Origin: a virus
IMG/VR virus record: IMGVR_UViG_3300035703_000009
Coordinates: 1 to 64,000 of that record
DNA: 64,000 bases
Strand: one strand, 5' to 3'
Shown here: positions 46,869 through 54,883 of the stretch, piece by piece
How the letters are laid out: the number at the start of each line of letters is the position of its first letter
Numbering within the stretch: the stretch's first letter is position 1
Notes under the pieces: generated by a model
The model's database searches: none
Seen by the model: the letters and a program-made list of their open reading frames with translations, nothing else
Told to the model about the DNA's origin: nothing
Made by a program: the position numbers and the translations under genes

Positions 46869-47482
46869 GCGTCAATTTTACCCAGATGACAAACAACGTA
46901 ATCTGGAGTATCTATTTTATAGTGTTTTTCCTTTAAGATATGACTAATACTGGTCCAATCATGGCCATATCCGTCCGCCCATTGAAATGAGCAAGCACGA
47001 CGGTGGCAAATTGAACTTGTACCGATCCTATTTGCCTTGGGCTCGACCGTCCTTTTCCATTTTTTTTCTCCATTAAAGATATAATCGTCATAGTAACACC
47101 AAACATACTCTGAATCTTTAAAGCCACTAAGTATCTCAAGGTGTGTACTTCCAAAATAATCATCACTGTCTAAATAGCACACAATCTCGCCTGTGGATTG
47201 AGTTAAACCGGCTTGCCTAACTGTTCCGCTAAATAAGGGTTGTTTTGGAAGTTCAATCAAACGCACAGCTGAAAAATTAGAGTATTTTTCTCGAGTTATT
47301 TTTGAAGTTTTTTCGCAGCCGTCACTCACAATTATGAGCTCAGCACTCTTAAAAGTCTGGTCCAAAAAAGAATTTACTGCGCGTCTAAATTTGAACTCAC
47401 GATTTGAGGCAGCTTCAAACCCTCCACTAGTGTAGTGATCTAAATATGAAGCCATGATTACAGTTATCCTTGGAGAATTCAT
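46865..47482 (-). CDS. GT2-family glycosyltransferase
   Basis: ITVIMASY...IIVSDGC and YLDSDDYF (DxD) motifs. Confidence 0.5.
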   Translation of the reverse strand: MNSPRITVIMASYLDHYTSGGFEAASNREFKFRRAVNSFLDQTFKSAELIIVSDGCEKTSKITREKYSNFSAVRLIELPKQPLFSGTVRQAGLTQSTGEIVCYLDSDDYFGSTHLEILSGFKDSEYVWCYYDDYIFNGEKKWKRTVEPKANRIGTSSICHRRACSFQWADGYGHDWTSISHILKEKHYKIDTPDYVVCHLGKIDA

Positions 47483-48195
47483 GACAGTTCGTTGATTTTT
47501 AAAAAAGTTGGCTTAAAAGCACATAGATCAAAACATACATCCAGCTTTCCATGAGAAAAACCCATCTTTTTATACTCAGAAACATCACGATTTGAGATCC
47601 CAGGAATCCTAGGAGTTATTCCTTGAAAATGTATTATTGGAGAACTAGTAATGATTGCAAAATTCCATCCTTTTCTATAGAGCATATCATATAGGTAATC
47701 ATCTCCGCAAAAAAAGTGCAGATTTCTTGGAATTTGAGAGTATGCGGACCTACGCATGGTAAAGTCCCAACCTTGACGGTACTTACCATGAAAAATTCGA
47801 TATTCAAGTTGTGTACAAGACTGATAATTTGGGTGATTTGTTGAGTGAGCAACGCAGCCTACTCGCGGTTCTCTTTCAAAGACGTCAAGAGTGTCCTTAA
47901 TGAAATTTTTTGGAATTATTAGGTCGTTATTTAAAAAACAGCACAACTCATAATTATTTTTAAGAGCAAAATCGTTCCACACGTGGTTTAGTGGACGATT
48001 TTGTCCTGTATATTCTATCTTCTTTAAAAAGGAAAAAGAAAGTTGATCTAGGGACTCTCTAGTGCCGGGCTCAGTAGACCCATTATCGACGACTGTCAAC
48101 TCGAAATCCAGGCAACTCTGAACCGACAGTTGCGTAATTAGATCAATTGTATACTTTATATGATTTCTGTTAATTATTATTACGCCTAATTTCAT
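47479..48195 (-). CDS. GT2-family glycosyltransferase
   Basis: LGVIIINRN...LTVVDNGS N-terminal GT-A signature. Confidence 0.5.
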   Translation of the reverse strand: MKLGVIIINRNHIKYTIDLITQLSVQSCLDFELTVVDNGSTEPGTRESLDQLSFSFLKKIEYTGQNRPLNHVWNDFALKNNYELCCFLNNDLIIPKNFIKDTLDVFEREPRVGCVAHSTNHPNYQSCTQLEYRIFHGKYRQGWDFTMRRSAYSQIPRNLHFFCGDDYLYDMLYRKGWNFAIITSSPIIHFQGITPRIPGISNRDVSEYKKMGFSHGKLDVCFDLCAFKPTFLKINELS

Positions 48196-49052
48196 AAAGA
48201 ATCGTATATTTTAGTAAATTCGTTTACTATTGTTTGAGGATGCCAGTGTTGTTCCATCCAACTCCTACTTTCCTTTCCTTTTTCAAGAATAAAATCAAGA
48301 CCGGCATCGACTATTTTGTTTAGTTCCGTCTCAAGGGAATTGATCCAAACGTTGAAAAAAGGAGAAACTTGAGCACCAGAGGAAGAGAGTAGTATTTTTT
48401 CAACGTCTGGAGAAAGAGAGCATATTGTGAGTTTGCCAAGTGCAAGTCCTTCTAAACCTGATCTATGATAGCTTGAAGTAACGCACTCATCTATAATTAT
48501 GTTGCATTTTGATTTGCGAGCAATACAAGCATCAAGAGAGACTCCAGTTATCACATCAATTTCTACAGAGGTGCCATACTCTCTTTTAATCTTGTTAAGT
48601 ACTGCAAGAGTCTGATCATATCCCTTATCGTGCCACTTACCGAGTTTTTTTGTTCGGCTTGGAGAAAAACCTATTTTAATTGCATGTGAAACCTGCTGAG
48701 AAGAATATTGCGGAGTTGTGAAGTCAATCACATTTCTAACTATTGAGCAGCCTGAATACTCTGGCAGAGTTGCATGATATTGAGAAATTACTAACTTGCG
48801 GTCAACTCGGCTTTTTAGGTCTACTTGAAAAGGTTCGCTATGGTATTGCAAAACAGTTTTGATCCCATGCCGATTGCCAGGTAAGAGATTATGAGCATGT
48901 AGAATACTACCTGCTGGGAAGGCACGCATAGCCGGTGCACCTAATCCTGCCATCTCGCATCGATAGCCTTGACCGAATTTATTGATGGCTTTAGCTAATT
49001 CTAAAGGAGCTTGAGCAATAGGTGTTTGTCTATAGTGATAAACTATTTTCAT
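48192..49052 (-). CDS. hypothetical protein (286 aa), possible glycosyltransferase
   Basis: Embedded in the glycosyltransferase run. No motif recognised. Confidence 0.3.
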   Translation of the reverse strand: MKIVYHYRQTPIAQAPLELAKAINKFGQGYRCEMAGLGAPAMRAFPAGSILHAHNLLPGNRHGIKTVLQYHSEPFQVDLKSRVDRKLVISQYHATLPEYSGCSIVRNVIDFTTPQYSSQQVSHAIKIGFSPSRTKKLGKWHDKGYDQTLAVLNKIKREYGTSVEIDVITGVSLDACIARKSKCNIIIDECVTSSYHRSGLEGLALGKLTICSLSPDVEKILLSSSGAQVSPFFNVWINSLETELNKIVDAGLDFILEKGKESRSWMEQHWHPQTIVNEFTKIYDSL

Positions 49053-49055
49053 TAT

Positions 49056-50513
49056 TTACTTTTTTTTTAATATTCCTGGTTCGCCTTTTTCAAATTTACA
49101 AGTAAGATACTTTAACTCTAACAAGTAATTATGCACACTAGAAATATTCTTATCTGAATTTGATCTAAATATTGAATTTAATCCGTTTGTGTAGCCGTTA
49201 AAACCAAACAGGGACAGTGAATAGTGCGGAATCTTTAACTCCTCTAATAACAAAATCATGCTAAGTCCACTAGTTGGAAGAAGATAGCTTTTTTTTAAAG
49301 CGGCAGATATAGAAATTAGAGCAGGGTAGTGGTAGTTTAGTATTTTCTTGCTAGGATAACTAGCACAAATGTCACTGACTGCTTTGTGCCAAAGATCAAT
49401 AGGTTTTGAGAAAACTATCAAATAATCTGAGGGTTGGTCTAAATTAAATCTAGCCTGCCGAAATATGCAGTGAACGCTTGTTTTAGTGCCGGTGTGAGTA
49501 GGTTCGATTGGATAACCGTTGAATCTAATAACTACATCATGTGAATCAATTAGTTCTCCATGTTGGTGTTCTAAAAGTTCTGAAGAATTTGCGATTATTG
49601 CTATTTTTTTGCCAGTTAAATACTCTTTGAATGAACTTAATGAAGTTAACTTAGATTTAAGTAAAAATCTGTTTTCAGAAGATCTATTCAGTGTAATTGG
49701 TATTGAACTATTTTGCTGTTTTACATGAGGAATCGGCCTAGGTTGTTCTTCGGCATTTATAGTTTGTCTATCAGAATTAAAAGAACTCGGCTGGACTAAA
49801 AATTGGCTACTTTCTTTGTTTTTAAAAAGCCACACTTGATTGATTTTAGAATATTGAGCTGAGTTGTTTAGAGTTGTGAAAAGAATTACATCTTTAGACT
49901 CTAAGGAAGCTCGCATAGTTATAAATTTAGAGTCTAAGTATTCATTTGAAAAAGAAATGTTAGCTTCAGAATAAAAACTAGGATTTAGACAAGAATTCAA
50001 GTGATTATTTAGTTGTAAATCTAACGAATTGGAAGTTAACATTCTATTTGAGAGTTCATGGTAAACTTCTTCAGATAATGATATTTTTTCACTTAGGTGA
50101 AAAAAGAGAACTGAATTGAGCGCTTTGCCTAACTTATTTTCAGATATGAAATTACAGCTTTTTTGAAAAATTGAATAGTTAGAAAAGTATAGTAAACTTT
50201 CGTTTTCTGTAGATTCATTAAATACTGTCCATTTTAGAGCAGAGTTCACCAGTTCAAAATATTGCACTCGTCCCTTATATTTGTCTATTACACTAAAAAT
50301 AGGATGCGACGTTTGTAATTTTATTGCGAGCTTTGGATAAATTTTAAGAAGAATGTCATAATTCCTAGTGGATAATTGATCCATAGGATGATCGAGTAGG
50401 TTAATTGTACCAGTAAACCATGGATTGTTTTTTATAAAAGAAAAAATACTGGTTCTAAGTAGGTGAAAATTTTTGTTAGTGGCCTCAGTATACGCATTAA
50501 CTATCTTATCCAT
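49056..50513 (-). CDS. two-domain protein with C-terminal GT29-like (eukaryotic-type) sialyltransferase domain
   Basis: KKIAIIANSSELLEHQHGELIDSHDVVIRFNGYPIEPTHTGTKTSVHCIF matches sialylmotif L (C.VVGNSG.L..S..G..ID.HD.V.R.N.AP....DVG.KT). LPTSGLSMILLLEE...FGF matches motif S, and HNYLLE matches motif VS (Hx4E). The N-terminal 280 aa are unassigned. Confidence 0.55.
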   Translation of the reverse strand: MDKIVNAYTEATNKNFHLLRTSIFSFIKNNPWFTGTINLLDHPMDQLSTRNYDILLKIYPKLAIKLQTSHPIFSVIDKYKGRVQYFELVNSALKWTVFNESTENESLLYFSNYSIFQKSCNFISENKLGKALNSVLFFHLSEKISLSEEVYHELSNRMLTSNSLDLQLNNHLNSCLNPSFYSEANISFSNEYLDSKFITMRASLESKDVILFTTLNNSAQYSKINQVWLFKNKESSQFLVQPSSFNSDRQTINAEEQPRPIPHVKQQNSSIPITLNRSSENRFLLKSKLTSLSSFKEYLTGKKIAIIANSSELLEHQHGELIDSHDVVIRFNGYPIEPTHTGTKTSVHCIFRQARFNLDQPSDYLIVFSKPIDLWHKAVSDICASYPSKKILNYHYPALISISAALKKSYLLPTSGLSMILLLEELKIPHYSLSLFGFNGYTNGLNSIFRSNSDKNISSVHNYLLELKYLTCKFEKGEPGILKKK

Positions 50514-51151
50514 TTTACTTGATCTAAGTCTTTTTGAGTGTCGACGTCAACTACATCTTCGATCGGGTAGAACACGGTAGACGGGCCGTACATATTCTTA
50601 TTTAATTTATAGAGAGCAGAAGCTCTAAAGATGCACATGTAGTGACTGATCTCAAAGCACTTTGGATAGTCTTGGCGTCGGTATAGATCGTGTTCAAGTA
50701 AAGGCTTGCCGAAAACGCCGTCTGCTCCATGCTCCTGTAACATGAGATAAGGTGAGACTTTAAGTTCCTTCTTACATAGCATAGAATCAGCAAGACCTAA
50801 GTCAGCAAACTGACAGTAATATTCATAAGCCGCGTAAATCTCTTTCCAGGTCCTCTCTGGATAGGTTAAGTAGAGCATTATTACTTCAGCAGACATGGGA
50901 AGCCCGACGTTTTTTACGGCGTGTTGCATCACGTCCCGAATGTTAGCAGAGTCGTCTGATAGTTCAGAAGGACGATCGATTGCACAACACCCATGCTTAA
51001 TGGCTAACTGAAATATCTCAGGGTCGTCGGTCGTCACAAAAACACGTCTACGAAGAGACTCTGGAATCGAGTCTATTGTCGCTTTAAAAAGCTTACGGTT
51101 CTTAAAGGGTAGGCCCTTGGAACCCAGTCTGGCTGGAATGATGATGTTCAT
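50501..51151 (-). CDS. neuA: CMP-nonulosonic acid synthetase (NeuA-like acylneuraminate cytidylyltransferase)
   Basis: MNIIIPARLGSKGLPFKNRKLF matches NeuA/KdsB IIPARGGSKGIxxKN. Confidence 0.75.
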   Translation of the reverse strand: MNIIIPARLGSKGLPFKNRKLFKATIDSIPESLRRRVFVTTDDPEIFQLAIKHGCCAIDRPSELSDDSANIRDVMQHAVKNVGLPMSAEVIMLYLTYPERTWKEIYAAYEYYCQFADLGLADSMLCKKELKVSPYLMLQEHGADGVFGKPLLEHDLYRRQDYPKCFEISHYMCIFRASALYKLNKNMYGPSTVFYPIEDVVDVDTQKDLDQVKWIR

Positions 51152-51765
51152 AGTTGATCGAACTCTTTGAGAGTTATTTTTGGAATCTGTAGGTTACTAG
51201 ACTCGCTCAAGTTGTAAAAAGATACTCCGCGCCTTTCAAGCTCAGCTCTAAGCTTTTGATAAGCAAGATTGACCTTAGTCAGGTGCTTAGTCTTAACGAC
51301 ACTGTGCGCTCCATCCTTGGGATTATAAAAGTGCCCGTCTGTAAAGTCGACACCAATAACGCCGATGTGTTTTGCTCCCAATCGATACGCTAGGCAGACC
51401 GCACAATACGGCGAATTCAAATAGTGATCGAGATGGTTCTTTTTATCTAGACAAGTCAGCTCTCGAGTACCTAACTCAAAATAGATTAGGCTAGTGTGTC
51501 GCCAGCCCCTGGCGCAAGTAAAGAGGTGTTTTGACTTTGACTGTACTACTAGGTCCTTGCGTTTACCGACAAACCGTAATGGGCTGTCTGTGACTAGTAA
51601 ATAGGTCGGAGTAAAAAGGGCCGGCACGTCGTTGACTCCGATCGTGGTGTATCGTTCCGCATGTTCAGCAAAGCCCAGCAGAGAAGTGCCACAGCCACAG
51701 ACTATGATCTTTTCACCTGAATGCGGACGGTCAATGTCCTTAAGAGATTTGATTAAGCTAGACAC
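51148..51765 (-). CDS. hypothetical protein, possible Maf/DUF115-like glycosyltransferase
   Basis: KIIVCGCGTSL resembles the xIxGNGPSL motif of Maf/Cst-II-like enzymes. Weak. Confidence 0.25.
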   Translation of the reverse strand: MSSLIKSLKDIDRPHSGEKIIVCGCGTSLLGFAEHAERYTTIGVNDVPALFTPTYLLVTDSPLRFVGKRKDLVVQSKSKHLFTCARGWRHTSLIYFELGTRELTCLDKKNHLDHYLNSPYCAVCLAYRLGAKHIGVIGVDFTDGHFYNPKDGAHSVVKTKHLTKVNLAYQKLRAELERRGVSFYNLSESSNLQIPKITLKEFDQL

Positions 51766-51830
51766 TTAGATAAATTATTTTAAAACCTAGTCTTCAATTT
51801 TTATACAAGATCAGGAACATAAGTTTTAAA

Positions 51831-52826
51831 ATGGATCATTATTCAACCCTTGGTGTCTCTAAGAACGCAACAGACGATGAGATTAAAAAAGCCTATCGTC
51901 AAATGACGTTAAAGTACCATCCCGACAGAAATCAGGACGATCCAGGAGCGGCTGACCAGTTTAAGAAGATAGCGGCTGCTTATGAAGTGTTAAGCGATTT
52001 AAAAAAGAAGGCAGAATACGATGGAGCTGCACAAAAGGCCTCACATGACTGGAACTATAACTTTAACGACGATTTTACCACCTTTTCAAATAACTTTAGG
52101 AACTCAGAGTTTAGAAGAAAGTCAAACGAACGTGCTAGAGCCTCACAGGGCAAGACCCACATGGGTCCAGTCGATACTTCATACTTGGACATCAATTTAA
52201 ACTGTGAAATCGATTTTAAAGAGACTGTCTTGGGTAAAAAGGTCGACATCACGTTTACTCGCAAAAAAATCGTCTATACTGGAGCGGCTGGCAACTTACT
52301 TAAGTACGTCAAAGAGGACGAAGAGAAGGAGATCAAGGTAAACTTTGACTTGCGTAAAACCTATTTACAGATCAAAAAGGAGGGACAAAACTATGTGGCT
52401 AAGGTCCGAGTGAGTAAGTTCGGTAACGAGGACGTCTCAGTAAGACCCAACATCTGGGGAGACATGGAGCAGTATCCTCTTACTGGAGAGTTATACATCA
52501 CAGTAACTATCATTATGCCTCCAGGAGTCGAACTTGAAAACAATAACATCATACACAGGGTTGAGATCCCACTATATAAGGCAATCATACCTGGAGAAAA
52601 AGTAGAGATTGAGACCGTCCTAGATAAAAAATATGAGGCTGAGATCAAGAGCCCAACTCACCTAAACGATCTTAAGCTAGTGATTAAGGAACAGGGCATA
52701 GCCGACTCATTTGGCACGATCGGTGATTATATCGTTAGATTCTCCATACTGGCTCCAAGAGTTGCTGATTTTAGTAAATCCAAAGTAGAGAGTTTGCGTA
52801 CAATATTGGTTGACTCCGGCGCATAA
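51831..52826 (+). CDS. J-domain (DnaJ-like) protein
   Basis: N-terminal [53 protein letters not shown] carries the HPD motif. The remaining 260 aa lack DnaJ zinc-finger motifs. Confidence 0.75.
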   Translation: MDHYSTLGVSKNATDDEIKKAYRQMTLKYHPDRNQDDPGAADQFKKIAAAYEVLSDLKKKAEYDGAAQKASHDWNYNFNDDFTTFSNNFRNSEFRRKSNERARASQGKTHMGPVDTSYLDINLNCEIDFKETVLGKKVDITFTRKKIVYTGAAGNLLKYVKEDEEKEIKVNFDLRKTYLQIKKEGQNYVAKVRVSKFGNEDVSVRPNIWGDMEQYPLTGELYITVTIIMPPGVELENNNIIHRVEIPLYKAIIPGEKVEIETVLDKKYEAEIKSPTHLNDLKLVIKEQGIADSFGTIGDYIVRFSILAPRVADFSKSKVESLRTILVDSGA

Positions 52827-52850
52827 CTTAAAAAATCTCCCAAAAGCCTT

Positions 52851-52867
52851 AATAAATAATAAAAAAA
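52851..52867 (+). promoter_or_regulatory. T4-late-like promoter motif AATAAATAATAAAAAAA
   Basis: Exact 14-mer, 10 nt upstream of the TTG start at 52877. Flanked by complementary aaagcctt / aaggcttt arms. Confidence 0.55.
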
Positions 52868-52876
52868 TTTAAGGCT

Positions 52877-54856
52877 TTGACAAGTACAAATTTAAGCTTC
52901 AATGGAGACAATCAGGACTGGGTCCTTATTGTTGAGAACATCGGCGAGACACTGGCTCAAGTCAAGTCTGGCGAAAACAACTCAGTTCTCGAAGGAGTCT
53001 GTGCAGTATTCGGCAGAATGAACAACAATCGCCGCGTTTACGAAAAAGAAGAATATTTACCCCACCTTTCATACTTAAAGGATAAGATCGCAAAACGACA
53101 ACTTGTCGGAGACTTGGATCATCCACCTCACTTTGATGTTAGCTTAAAGAGCGCATCACACATCATCGAAGAGCTTAAATATGATGGCGGAGACAAGGTT
53201 TACATTAAACTACGTATCCTCGAAAACACTCCAAACGGAAAAATTGCAAAGGCACTATTGGATGGCGGAGTTCAACTTTCGATCTCATCCAGAGCAGCCG
53301 GTCAAGTCTTTGAAGGCGGCAAAGTAAAACTACAAAGAATCTTTACTTACGATCTAGTAGGAGAGCCTGGATTCACAGAAGCGATCCTTAGAAAAACAGT
53401 TAGCGAGTCACTTAAGCATGACTTTCAGATGATAACTGAGAGCTACAACCACCTTAAAGAGGAGTCAGTAGTACAAACTCAAAACTTGACAGACATTTCA
53501 GAAAGTCTCAATTTTTCTGAAAATTTCAAAGTCTACAAGATAAATAAAACTAATGAAGATCTAGGATTAAACTTCCAATCGTCTTCAATTCAACAAAAAA
53601 ATAAAACAACCATGGTTGAATATGTAACTAAAGATCAGATGGATCAGTACTCTGAAGTATTAAAGAACCAGTTCGCCGGTCTTAAGAAAGAAATCAAATC
53701 TCAAAAGGAGCTACTTGAGTCAGCTAACTCATCTAATCCTACTGACATTAAGTTAGTTGGTTTTGTGAATTACTTGGCAGAACAACTCGAAGGAGTTGTA
53801 AACTATGCTAACTACATTTCAGGTAAGCTTAATGAGTCGATCAAGTACTCAGAGCACGTTGCAGAGACCACTAACAATTCTATCGCGTACTCAAGCTATG
53901 TTGGTGAACAGCTAAACAAATCGATCCAACATCAAGATCACATCGCTGAAAAGCTCAACCAAACTATTAACTATTCCGAGTACATCAAGGAAAACTTAAA
54001 TAACTCAATCAAATATCAAAACTATTTAGCTGAAGAGATAGACAAAGGAATCCAGTACACTGAATACGTTGCTGAAGGCTCAAACCGCGGCTTAGAATTC
54101 TCTGACTACTTAGCAGAACAACTCAACCTTAACCGCGATTACGCAGGCTATATTGCTGAAAAGCTTGGTCAGAGCATTGGTTATACTGAGTATATCGTTG
54201 AGTCTCTAAACGAAGGCACAACTGTTGGAAGCAAACGAAACGTTCTAAACGGAGTTGAAAAACTCGATGAGTCAGTTTCAGTTGACGCTCTAATCGCTAA
54301 GGTTGACCAAGTGATAACTGAAGTAAGCGACAAGTCTTCTAAAGCGGTTCTTGAAAGCAGATACCCATTCTTAAAGGTAATGAGTGAAGCTAAAAAGAAA
54401 GCATTCTTCGCTCTTGAAACAGACACTAAACAAGCGATTGTTGAAGCCCTAAACGGAGCTATCTGGTTCAACGAAAACGATGTAGCTGGAATCATGGAAG
54501 CAGTGGTTGATCATAAGACTCAAAACCTACCAGTTCACATAAGATTTATGCCTGCTGACTACAAAGCACTATGGAACGAGATGCATGAGAGCGAAAAGAA
54601 TCGCATCCACGCTAAGTCTCAGATGTATGACATTCGTACTCCATACCAAGCAAAAGCTTTCTGGGATGAAATGGACCTAAGAGGAGTTCAAGAAAGAATC
54701 GCAATCGAAAAGAATAACACAAAAATACAAGCACAGCTCAACGAAAGCCAAAGTACAGAAGGCCTAATACCTGTAAACCAGGTGGTTGAGATGCAGAGAG
54801 GTTACTCTCAAAACTATCTCGAGAAACTCCAACGCCAGGCGGACTATCGTAGATAA
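52877..54856 (+). CDS. prohead protease (T4 gp21-like, S77) fused to a repeat-containing scaffold-like domain (gp22 analogue); TTG start
   Basis: N-terminal 190 aa carry NNNRRVYEKEEY, GDLDHPPHF and LSISSRAAG, resembling the gp21 NGRIYP, GELDHP and SSRGxG motifs. The remainder is acidic and helical with 11 tandem 14-aa repeats (xYxEYxAExLNxSI) and Gln/Glu-rich coiled coil. Confidence 0.55.
   Translation: MTSTNLSFNGDNQDWVLIVENIGETLAQVKSGENNSVLEGVCAVFGRMNNNRRVYEKEEYLPHLSYLKDKIAKRQLVGDLDHPPHFDVSLKSASHIIEELKYDGGDKVYIKLRILENTPNGKIAKALLDGGVQLSISSRAAGQVFEGGKVKLQRIFTYDLVGEPGFTEAILRKTVSESLKHDFQMITESYNHLKEESVVQTQNLTDISESLNFSENFKVYKINKTNEDLGLNFQSSSIQQKNKTTMVEYVTKDQMDQYSEVLKNQFAGLKKEIKSQKELLESANSSNPTDIKLVGFVNYLAEQLEGVVNYANYISGKLNESIKYSEHVAETTNNSIAYSSYVGEQLNKSIQHQDHIAEKLNQTINYSEYIKENLNNSIKYQNYLAEEIDKGIQYTEYVAEGSNRGLEFSDYLAEQLNLNRDYAGYIAEKLGQSIGYTEYIVESLNEGTTVGSKRNVLNGVEKLDESVSVDALIAKVDQVITEVSDKSSKAVLESRYPFLKVMSEAKKKAFFALETDTKQAIVEALNGAIWFNENDVAGIMEAVVDHKTQNLPVHIRFMPADYKALWNEMHESEKNRIHAKSQMYDIRTPYQAKAFWDEMDLRGVQERIAIEKNNTKIQAQLNESQSTEGLIPVNQVVEMQRGYSQNYLEKLQRQADYRR
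53765..54215 (+). repeat. in-frame 42-nt (14-aa) tandem repeat array inside the protease-scaffold gene
   Basis: Eleven degenerate repeats: KYSEHVAETTNNSI / AYSSYVGEQLNKSI / QHQDHIAEKLNQTI / NYSEYIKENLNNSI and so on. Confidence 0.65.
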
Positions 54857-54883
54857 TCAAAAACTAAAAAAATCAACTCAAAA

